A stretch of 64,000 nucleotides of DNA from Methanofastidiosum sp. (GTDB taxonomy: Archaea; Methanobacteriota_B; Thermococci; Methanofastidiosales; Methanofastidiosaceae): NCBI GenBank assembly GCA_039679445.1, contig JBDKUY010000025.1, forward strand, positions 12,362 to 76,361, given 5' to 3'. Shown here piece after piece: positions 27,994-35,356 of the stretch; positions within the stretch are counted from its first letter, which is position 1, and each line of letters begins with the position of its first letter. The position numbers were made by a program, and so were the translations under genes. The notes beneath the pieces are model-generated. The model saw nothing but the letters and a program-made list of their open reading frames with translations. It did no database searches and was not told the origin of the DNA.

Positions 27994-28821
27994 TCATCTT
28001 TCATCATCCCTGTCTATTTTTCTCCTATCTTTATCCCCGATAAACTTGCTTTTCCAGTCGGTTGGGTATAGTGATTTATTAATTCCGCCCAGGGTGTCAA
28101 TGAATCTGCTTACCGCCCTAAAGTTTCCCTCCGATAGATCCCTGTATGTATGGATTAGCATGTTGGTATCAGAATAATTTTTACTAAGAATCGCTATTGA
28201 TTCCAAGTATGTTTTCAAATCTTTTTCACCAAATAGATCAATCGCCTTGGATTCCTCTAGGGCATAGCCAAAGAAATAAGGGCCCTTGAATTTTCCTTTA
28301 TCGGATTCAAGAAAGTCAACTATTTGGGGTGCCAACCACTCCAATCTATACGGCATTAATGGGCAGAAGCAGAGGAAGTTAGAGGAGTTCACATACTTGT
28401 TGTTAGGTTCAATGCTATATTGATCATATCCAAATTCCATTATTTGGCCGATGGCAATATTTGCCACAAGATTTGGGTTTACTTTTTTTATTGCAGATTT
28501 AAAAGTGATTACCGTTCCTTCCCCGCCCTCTTTGCTCATGCCTACGGCCATGTATGAGCCAATCGGAACAGCAATACAGTCGGTGTTAGGTATATCATAA
28601 GGCTCAAAAAGGATACTAGCATGAAAGTTAGGTGCTATGATTTGCGGTGTTGCGTATCTCCAGGACCCGACAGAGGCAGAGTAAAGAAAGAATCCCATGA
28701 ATCCAAAGACAAGGACTATGTATGTTGTTGGGATTTCAACTACCCCTAAATAATCACGACCGTAGTATGCAAGAACAACGGCTACAAGCATTATGATGGC
28801 TATTTTAGCTTGTTTGTTCAT
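27994..28821 (-). CDS. Membrane protein (two N-terminal TM helices), unknown function
   Basis: 275 aa. Overlaps the upstream gene by 17 nt. Confidence 0.5.
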   Translation of the reverse strand: MNKQAKIAIIMLVAVVLAYYGRDYLGVVEIPTTYIVLVFGFMGFFLYSASVGSWRYATPQIIAPNFHASILFEPYDIPNTDCIAVPIGSYMAVGMSKEGGEGTVITFKSAIKKVNPNLVANIAIGQIMEFGYDQYSIEPNNKYVNSSNFLCFCPLMPYRLEWLAPQIVDFLESDKGKFKGPYFFGYALEESKAIDLFGEKDLKTYLESIAILSKNYSDTNMLIHTYRDLSEGNFRAVSRFIDTLGGINKSLYPTDWKSKFIGDKDRRKIDRDDER

Positions 28822-29302
28822 TGTTAGAACACTCCTCTAGTTCTGTTGCCTTCTTGTAAAGTCTCAAATCCTCAATGGCATAGTATAAAGACGGTTTTGA
28901 AGTGTATCGGTCAAAAAGATTACAAATTATGTAAGCCCTCATGTTCTGATTATTGTTATATGAAAAGTCCTTTATTTCATTTAAGAAAAGTGAAAATTCC
29001 TTGTATAGGTAAACTTTTTTTATAAACTTGTGCTGCTTCTCTGTTACCTTGATTTCCCAATTTTTTATGTTACTACTTGCTTTTACTGAAGCAGTATTTC
29101 CCATGGCTAGTTGGTCCTCTAGGTCTTTTACGCACTTGAATATTACCGCCATCTTTTTTTCAAAGTTTTGTGCATCTTCATAAAGATAGATATTGTCAAT
29201 AAATGCCTTCAATACGCCGGATATGTTGTTTTTTACCAGGAAGTTAATATCTGATTTGTTTATGCCTTTTAGGGTATATTTATAGTTCAGGTCGGAGGTC
29301 AT
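28805..29302 (-). CDS. Hypothetical soluble protein
   Basis: 165 aa. Directly abuts the upstream gene (29303). Confidence 0.5.
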   Translation of the reverse strand: MTSDLNYKYTLKGINKSDINFLVKNNISGVLKAFIDNIYLYEDAQNFEKKMAVIFKCVKDLEDQLAMGNTASVKASSNIKNWEIKVTEKQHKFIKKVYLYKEFSLFLNEIKDFSYNNNQNMRAYIICNLFDRYTSKPSLYYAIEDLRLYKKATELEECSNNEQTS

Positions 29303-29977
29303 TTAATATCTCCCCTGATTATAGTTCTGATAGTTTTTTTCCTCAATGGCCAGTTGTTTGTCCTTTTCAATTTGTTGTTTTTCCCTGGGTGTTGAGGGGA
29401 TTAGAGGTTTTGGCCTTGGAGTTTTATTGGAACTATTAGACATTGGCCTAAGTGATATTATTATTGCGAATATGCCGAGGCATAGAGAGATCACACCGAG
29501 ATAAAGGGAATACTTGTAATTTAGATCATCTATTCTAACGGTAGTATCGGCTAGATTCTTTATTCCGTTGGAAAGTGTGTTATAGTTCCTGGCAAGATTT
29601 TTTACAGAGGTATTTAGATCACTTATTGAGTTTGAGGTTATGTCCGGAGGACTTCCGCCCATCTCTTTTTTTAATCCTGTAATTGCATTGTTAAGTTCCG
29701 CTACTGTTACAAATCCGCTTAGGTCCGTTTCATCTGAATTGGAAGATTTTAATAGAGTTTCAAGATTATTTACTTTATTTTCAAGGACTTTTAATCTCTG
29801 GTCAAATGTATTGCTAAATGCTTCAGTTCCGCTTGATTTAATATCCGATAGATCATAGGAAACGGACATTATATTTCCGCCCATTGATAGTTCTATTGTA
29901 TAGACCTGTCCTATATATCCCTCTTTTTCAATTAGATCGGTTGGTATTTCATTAGAAGTCATTATTACTCTGGTCAT
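29303..29977 (-). CDS. Coiled-coil protein with C-terminal TM anchor
   Basis: Heptad-like N/L/S-rich central region, TM helix LYLGVISLCLGIFAIIISL, basic tail. 4-nt overlap with the upstream gene. Confidence 0.5.
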   Translation of the reverse strand: MTRVIMTSNEIPTDLIEKEGYIGQVYTIELSMGGNIMSVSYDLSDIKSSGTEAFSNTFDQRLKVLENKVNNLETLLKSSNSDETDLSGFVTVAELNNAITGLKKEMGGSPPDITSNSISDLNTSVKNLARNYNTLSNGIKNLADTTVRIDDLNYKYSLYLGVISLCLGIFAIIISLRPMSNSSNKTPRPKPLIPSTPREKQQIEKDKQLAIEEKNYQNYNQGRY

Positions 29978-30525
29978 CCCCCCGAATCGGTAGTATATTC
30001 TGATTTAATGCTTAATCGTTCTTTTACGAGGTTAGGCATAGCACCATATGTAATTTTTAAATCAGATCTAGGGCCGTAATGTATGAAACTAGCTTGCGAT
30101 TTATACCTTAATTCCCCAAAGCCAGTATCCCAGTAGGTATTAGGATTTACTGGTCCAGAAGCTGAAGAATTATTTACATCCATAAGTCTTGTATGGGTAT
30201 GTAAAATTGTATTATCAGTTGCAGTTACCTTTATCACATATTGACCGTTTTGCACATTGGAAGTTTGCCAGTAAATAGAGTATTCCGAATTTTTATCGGT
30301 TGATTCATTGATTAAACTAAAGTCCACACCGTTAGCCGAATATTCATATATGCATTTTACACTAGAATTACCCGTATAAGTTACCGTAGATTTCAGTTCC
30401 ACAAATCCAGTTGCAGTTGCCGGGGAAGTCAAGATTACATTAATAGTATTTGCGGATAATAAGGGAATCAATAAAAGCATTAAGCCGATAGCCAGGATTA
30501 TAGATTTTTTCATAATAATATCCAC
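29974..30525 (-). CDS. Secreted protein with Ig-like beta-sandwich character
   Basis: Signal peptide (KKSIILAIGLMLLLIPLLSA), then alternating beta-pattern VELKSTVTYTGNSSVKCIYEYS...GQYVIKVTATD. Confidence 0.5.
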   Translation of the reverse strand: MDIIMKKSIILAIGLMLLLIPLLSANTINVILTSPATATGFVELKSTVTYTGNSSVKCIYEYSANGVDFSLINESTDKNSEYSIYWQTSNVQNGQYVIKVTATDNTILHTHTRLMDVNNSSASGPVNPNTYWDTGFGELRYKSQASFIHYGPRSDLKITYGAMPNLVKERLSIKSEYTTDSGG

Positions 30526-30843
30526 TTCCCTAATTCCCTTGCGACTGGTCGGCCGTCATTTAAAATTCCTTTGTCCTCTACCCCTTTTCTGTAAGTTATT
30601 GTAAATTGGCCATAAATTGGAATCAGTTCATTATTTTCAGGAATTTGTTGGAAAATTCTATCGGTTCCCGTTTTTGCATATTTTTTTCTCATTTCTAGCA
30701 CCTGGGAATTTAATATCTCTCTCTTTCAAGAATTGCAATCTACTCTGTAAGGACATGTTGCAGAATCTAGCAAAATCATCTTCATTTTCAAAGATGGATT
30801 CTTTCACGATAAGCTTCTTTCTGGATTTTTTCATAATGATCAA
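30510..30843 (-). pseudogene. Small protein ORF split at a T7/A7 homopolymer (30681-30687)
   Basis: ORFs 30658-30843 and 30510-30701 fuse into about 112 aa (...FPGARNEKKYAKTGTDRIFQQ...) if the A7 run on the coding strand is read as A6. Confidence 0.45.
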
Positions 30844-30960
30844 GAGCAGATTTCACTAAAAATAAAAAACACTCTCTAGGCCTATACTTGTTAAATAATG
30901 TCTCGAATAGAATATCTACTTTAGAGGTATCTTCAGGCAAGAGAGAGGTATCCATTTAAA

Positions 30961-31215
30961 TCAGTTCCAGCCACCGTGGGATAGTCCATTTAGCAAGCCA
31001 CCGGAAATGAGAAGTCCGATAGCAATAATGCAAACACCAGTAATGTTAATGTAGGTCATAGGTAGATAAGATACATTGGCAATTGCCATGAATAGCATAA
31101 GTGTAAAGCAACCGCCACCCCCGACCATAAAAAACGCACCGAGTATGGCTAGGGCAAATCTTATACCTTTTAGTTCCAATAGACTATTTATTTTAAATAG
31201 AGTATTTTTGGACAT
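30961..31215 (-). CDS. 84-aa protein with two hydrophobic helices (candidate spindle-virus-type major capsid protein)
   Basis: Short polar N-terminus, then ALAILGAFFMVGGGGCFTLMLFMAIANV, a short loop, and GVCIIAIGLLISGGLLNGL. This architecture resembles SSV1 VP1-like capsid proteins. Architecture only, no sequence match was tested. Confidence 0.4.
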   Translation of the reverse strand: MSKNTLFKINSLLELKGIRFALAILGAFFMVGGGGCFTLMLFMAIANVSYLPMTYINITGVCIIAIGLLISGGLLNGLSHGGWN

Positions 31216-31219
31216 CTAA

Positions 31220-31927
31220 TCAGTTCTCTTTTTTGTTAAACTCTGTTTTGTCCTTGAATCCCTGTCTTGGTGCGTATTCGGGTTTATCGGCAAGTATCTT
31301 TTTAGCTTCATCTGGATTTGCTTTTATCCAATCTTCTCTTAGAGTTAGTTTCCTTGTTTTTACAGTTCCTATAATTTTCATGTCCACTATGTCTTTGCTA
31401 CTAGCTTTCCACTCCGGATACTCCGGGTTAAAGTTTTCCTCTTTCTTGTATGCGGATAGTTCAATTTCTACTGATTCGCCGTTTTTCCTTGCCATGACTA
31501 TTTGAGTTTCCAGTTTGTCAATTAATTTCTGGTAAGTTTCCCCATTGGGATCAAACACAGAGAAATAGATAGGTTCTTTTGTCTTATCGTTTAAGACATC
31601 AATAATATTGCCGTCCTTGTCAAACTGTTTCTTTTTTAGCCTAATCTCTGAATCGCCGTAAACTTGAATTTCGGCTTTTACCGGCGCGTCATTAAACATG
31701 TTACTTGGCTTTTTGTCAGGATCTTCAACTGAAATTCTAAGCATTGAGTAAAGCCTTTCGTCAGGTGAGCTATTCATCATTTTCTTTAATTCAGGGTAGA
31801 AGTCCAGGACTTCTTGTTTTGTTACAAAATCTTTATTGTATTGGTCATTTTTATAGCCAATACTTTTTACTATTGTTTTAAAAACATTTCTTGCTTTTTT
31901 CCTTTTCATTGAATAATTCAATGGCAT
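31220..31927 (-). CDS. Charged K/E-rich 235-aa protein, unknown function
   Basis: First gene of the minus-strand operon that ends with the NTPase. No motif recognised. Confidence 0.5.
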   Translation of the reverse strand: MPLNYSMKRKKARNVFKTIVKSIGYKNDQYNKDFVTKQEVLDFYPELKKMMNSSPDERLYSMLRISVEDPDKKPSNMFNDAPVKAEIQVYGDSEIRLKKKQFDKDGNIIDVLNDKTKEPIYFSVFDPNGETYQKLIDKLETQIVMARKNGESVEIELSAYKKEENFNPEYPEWKASSKDIVDMKIIGTVKTRKLTLREDWIKANPDEAKKILADKPEYAPRQGFKDKTEFNKKEN

Positions 31928-32163
31928 ATTTACACATCCTATTTTTTACATCCATAGAGGTTGGGGAGTAAGCCCACTAGATTGTTACTCCCTATTGATT
32001 AGATTCGGATATGGTATATAGCCAGTCTTGGTTAAACAATAGTGGTTATCATTATTGGGGATATTATTTAGTAAGTTTATAGAAAATTAAAATATCTTAA
32101 AAGAGAAGAAAACACCCACCCAAAAGAAAAGGTATAATTAAAATTAAATTATTTCGTCCATAC

Positions 32164-32502
32164 TCATAATAAGTTATCCCCTAGAATATCCCCAAGGAAT
32201 CCATAAACTGAAAATAGTAAATCAGAATTATCGCTACTAAAGGTATGTATATTATCTGCATTTCCACAGATATCGACACTGAAAAGACGTATTAGTCCAA
32301 TCTTACCTTGACAGATACCAAATAATACTATAAAGCCCTTTTCTTCTTCAAGTAACTCTGGATATCTACTAGGATCTTTTAACCAATAATAGTATTCTCC
32401 ATCAATACATCTTCTATTTTTTGGAATCCACTCATTTAGAGAATTTAAATCTATTTCTTCTTTAGTATTGTCCCAGTCAATAATAATGCTATTAAGTTTC
32501 AT
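32164..32502 (-). CDS. Hypothetical protein
   Basis: 112-aa acidic ORF standing alone between operons. Confidence 0.4.
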   Translation of the reverse strand: MKLNSIIIDWDNTKEEIDLNSLNEWIPKNRRCIDGEYYYWLKDPSRYPELLEEEKGFIVLFGICQGKIGLIRLFSVDICGNADNIHTFSSDNSDLLFSVYGFLGDILGDNLL

Positions 32503-32749
32503 GTAAATCTTTTATTTATTACAATTTGTCCTTTATATATCCTTCTAAATTAGTCAAATAATTTATTAATTCAAAATATTTACTAATTTTATTTTCGTTA
32601 AAATTTATGGAGGGTTGGCACATAGGCACACACCACTCCTAAATTTTACGGTCCAATGACTTCAAAATAAAATTGAGGCCATAAAGTTACTAGAGTAATT
32701 TAGGCCTACCACGAAAAATCAAAGATTTTTCCTTTTCTGTAAAAAAAGT

Positions 32750-32899
32750 ATGTTGCCTGAATTCGGGAAATTCATGCGAATAGCACAAAAACAAGAGATT
32801 TTTGTTAAGGTTTTCGGTCCCCCGAGAGGCCTAAAGGCCTGGAAAGACGAAGATCTTAATTTATCTCTATTAAACTGGAGGTCTAAAAATGAATTTTGA
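32750..32899 (+). CDS. Possible small protein (49 aa)
   Basis: ATG-initiated ORF MLPEFGKFMRIAQKQEIFVKVFGPPRGLKAWKDEDLNLSLLNWRSKNEF, co-oriented with the ArdC-like gene and integrase. Below the ORF-track cutoff. Confidence 0.25.
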   Translation: MLPEFGKFMRIAQKQEIFVKVFGPPRGLKAWKDEDLNLSLLNWRSKNEF

Positions 32900-32999
32900 A
32901 AGATTGAACAAAAAACAGGTCAAGAGCTGGAAAAGGCAAGAAATGAAAGTATTAGTTAAAGAATTGGGATTTAATGAAGTAAAAAAGGAGGAATATTAA
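32889..32999 (+). CDS. Possible small basic protein (36 aa)
   Basis: MNFERLNKKQVKSWKRQEMKVLVKELGFNEVKKEEY. Its stop abuts the ATG of the ArdC-like gene at 33000. Confidence 0.3.
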   Translation: MNFERLNKKQVKSWKRQEMKVLVKELGFNEVKKEEY

Positions 33000-33788
33000 A
33001 TGCAAGATCTAAGAAATGATAAGATTAAAGAAAGTTTAAGAAATGTAGTAGAGGCCTTTAAAACTGGTGAAGTTCCGGAGGCCATTAGAATAGTTATGTT
33101 TCCTAGATCTGAAATGCCATCAAATAAATGGAGTTTATGCAATCGGTTAATAATGTTTTTCAATGGAACAGAGGACGCCAGGGGATTTAAACAATGGAAC
33201 AGCCAAGAAAGATGGGTAAAGAAAGGAAGCAGAGCATTTTATATTCTAGGTCCAAAGATGGCCAAGATCCATGAAGAAGATGGAACAGAAAATATAATAT
33301 TGAAAGGTTTTATTTCAATTCCAGTTTTTAGAGCAGAAGATACAGAGGGTAAGCCATTAGAAAAGCCAGATCTAAAACTACCAGAATTAAGATTATTAAA
33401 TGTTGCAGAAAAATGGGGAATTGATGTTAAACCAATAGAAGGTAACGACATATGTAATGGCTATTTTATGCCAAATCAGAATAAGATCCGATTAGCTACC
33501 CCCGAAGAAAAAGTATTTTTCCATGAATTAGCCCACGCAGGCCATAATTTAATACTAAATTCCCATGGCAAAAAATTAAAGGGTGGCCAAGATCCAAGAC
33601 AAGAGATAACAGCAGAGTTAACAGCTTCGGTTTTATCTGAATATTTCGGTATAAGATCCACTCTGGGGAACAGCTACGATTATATCAAATCGTATGCAGA
33701 TGAACAAAGTAAATCTGTAGAACTAGCAGTTTTAGAAGTATTAACGGACGTAGAGAAGATATTAAATTTAATAATGGAAGAAAATTAA
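33000..33788 (+). CDS. ArdC-like protein (N-terminal ssDNA-binding-like domain plus HExxH metalloprotease domain)
   Basis: N-terminus NKWSLCNRLIMFFNGTEDARGFKQWNSQERWVKKGSRAFYILGP resembles the ArdC-N/DUF1738 pattern. C-terminal FFHELAHAGH zinc-protease motif. Confidence 0.6.
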   Translation: MQDLRNDKIKESLRNVVEAFKTGEVPEAIRIVMFPRSEMPSNKWSLCNRLIMFFNGTEDARGFKQWNSQERWVKKGSRAFYILGPKMAKIHEEDGTENIILKGFISIPVFRAEDTEGKPLEKPDLKLPELRLLNVAEKWGIDVKPIEGNDICNGYFMPNQNKIRLATPEEKVFFHELAHAGHNLILNSHGKKLKGGQDPRQEITAELTASVLSEYFGIRSTLGNSYDYIKSYADEQSKSVELAVLEVLTDVEKILNLIMEEN

Positions 33789-33824
33789 TTTTTTAATTTT
33801 TTACTACTTTGGCAGGATATAAAA

Positions 33825-34622
33825 ATGGAATTTATTAATCATCTGATCATAAAGAAAGGGATAAGTCCATATCAGGCCAAAGATTACAATTATAAAATTT
33901 TGCAGTTTTTAAGAAAATATCAAGACACTAAAGAAAATATGGAAGAATTTTATATTGATTATCTCAAAGGTGATTATTCAAAGTCCACAATAAGAAATGT
34001 TGCTTTTGCCCTAAATCATTATGCAGAGTATAAAGGCTATGATCTAAAGATTAAGCCACCTAAAAAAAATATGACCGAAGTTAAATATCTCAATAAGGAA
34101 GATATTATTAATGTTTTAGATCACATGCCAAATTACAGGGAAACAGCGATTTTTTTATTAATGGTCCAGGCAGGTTTAAGGATCAATGAAGTATGCAAGT
34201 TGAATATAGAAGATCTTTATCTGAAAGATGATTATATTTTATTGAAGGATACCAAGAATCGTAAGGACTGGAAGGTTTATATTTCTGAAGAAATCAAGAC
34301 GGCAATTTTAGTTTATATTGGCCATGAAAGGCCATCAAGTAATAATAAGGCAGTTTTTATTAATTCTAATAATAGTAGGTTGTCAAATAGATTTATAGAA
34401 AAAAGATTTGAGATTATAAGAGAAAAATCAAATATTTATTTTTATCCACACATGCTAAGGCATACATGCGCTACCCAAATGCGACTGAACGGTGCGGACA
34501 TAGATACAATAAAAAATCAATTAAGACACCTTGATTATAAGTCCACTCAAAGATATATTCATGCTATAAATGAGATCCAGAAGGTCAATTATTTGAAGTA
34601 TTGCCCTAAAATTTTAAAATAG
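33825..34622 (+). CDS. int: Tyrosine recombinase/integrase (XerC/D-like, intact)
   Basis: Catalytic pattern AGLRINE (R), HMLRHT (HxxR), LRH (H), STQRYIH (Y). N-terminal SAM-like core-binding domain. Confidence 0.9.
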   Translation: MEFINHLIIKKGISPYQAKDYNYKILQFLRKYQDTKENMEEFYIDYLKGDYSKSTIRNVAFALNHYAEYKGYDLKIKPPKKNMTEVKYLNKEDIINVLDHMPNYRETAIFLLMVQAGLRINEVCKLNIEDLYLKDDYILLKDTKNRKDWKVYISEEIKTAILVYIGHERPSSNNKAVFINSNNSRLSNRFIEKRFEIIREKSNIYFYPHMLRHTCATQMRLNGADIDTIKNQLRHLDYKSTQRYIHAINEIQKVNYLKYCPKILK

Positions 34623-34661
34623 CTTGAGGGTGTCTAATTATCGGATACTCCCCTTCTAAGA

Positions 34662-34688
34662 GTCAACCGTTCCGGTTGGCCTTTTTTT
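34662..34688 (+). terminator. Hairpin plus T7 tract after the integrase gene
   Basis: gtcaaccg-ttc-cggttggc stem-loop at 34662-34680, followed by ttttttt at 34682-34688. Confidence 0.5.
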
Positions 34689-34992
34689 AAATAATATATT
34701 AGGCCTTCTTTTCCTATTTAGAGGGATTATAGCCCTTCTTTTACAGCTTCATACCGGCTTATATTATTATTACTATTATAATGACTATGACTAAGATATT
34801 GACAATGATAATAAGATCTCTATGCCAGTTTTCCGCTTCGCTTAGGAAAACAGGCCACCGAAATAATTCCTATTGCCTTTTCTTGAAAGAAAAGCTAACA
34901 AAAGAACTTTATTGAAATTATAATTTATTTAAAATTATATTTGATTTTATATAAAAATAGTTTTACCTGGAATACATGATATCATAGAAAAA

Positions 34993-35250
34993 TTATAGAT
35001 TTGGAAGATAGAAATAATGGCCATATAGTTTAAAATAGTTAATCTGATTTGATTTTCTTAGATTCTGAAGATTTCGCCTTATGGTCCTTATTGGCAGGTT
35101 TAGATCTTCTGATATTTGCCCTGGTGTTACAGGAGTATAACAATCCATATTTTTAAGATAATTAACTATATCACATTGGGTAATCTGAATCCCCCCAAAA
35201 ATCATTATCTGATTCTTTGACTTTATCATCATCTTCACACATGGAATCAT
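34993..35250 (-). CDS. Small winged-helix DNA-binding protein
   Basis: IVNYLKNMDCYTPVTPGQISEDLNLPIRTIRRNLQNLRKSNQI is HTH-like. The start is uncertain because it overlaps the upstream Zn-ribbon ORF. Confidence 0.5.
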   Translation of the reverse strand: MIPCVKMMIKSKNQIMIFGGIQITQCDIVNYLKNMDCYTPVTPGQISEDLNLPIRTIRRNLQNLRKSNQINYFKLYGHYFYLPNL

Positions 35251-35356
35251 AATTTAATATAGTTTGGCATTTAGGACATGCGCCATGCATAGTTAATTTT
35301 CCATATATGCCACAAATTGGACATTTACCTTTATTATTAATTTCCAATTTACCCAT
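35171..35356 (-). CDS. Zinc-ribbon protein with acidic tail
   Basis: CPICG-x13-CPKC, then a D/E-rich C-terminus. 8-nt overlap with the upstream 615-aa gene. Confidence 0.5.
   Translation of the reverse strand: MGKLEINNKGKCPICGIYGKLTMHGACPKCQTILNYDSMCEDDDKVKESDNDFWGDSDYPM

Noticed and set aside
32611-32641. The locally GC-richer segment ggagggttggcacataggcacacaccactcc and AGGCCT hairpins at 32826-32843, considered as a structured ncRNA.
   Set aside because: The stems are short and imperfect. Part of the region is equally well explained by the candidate 49-aa ORF. A call would need covariation or transcript data.
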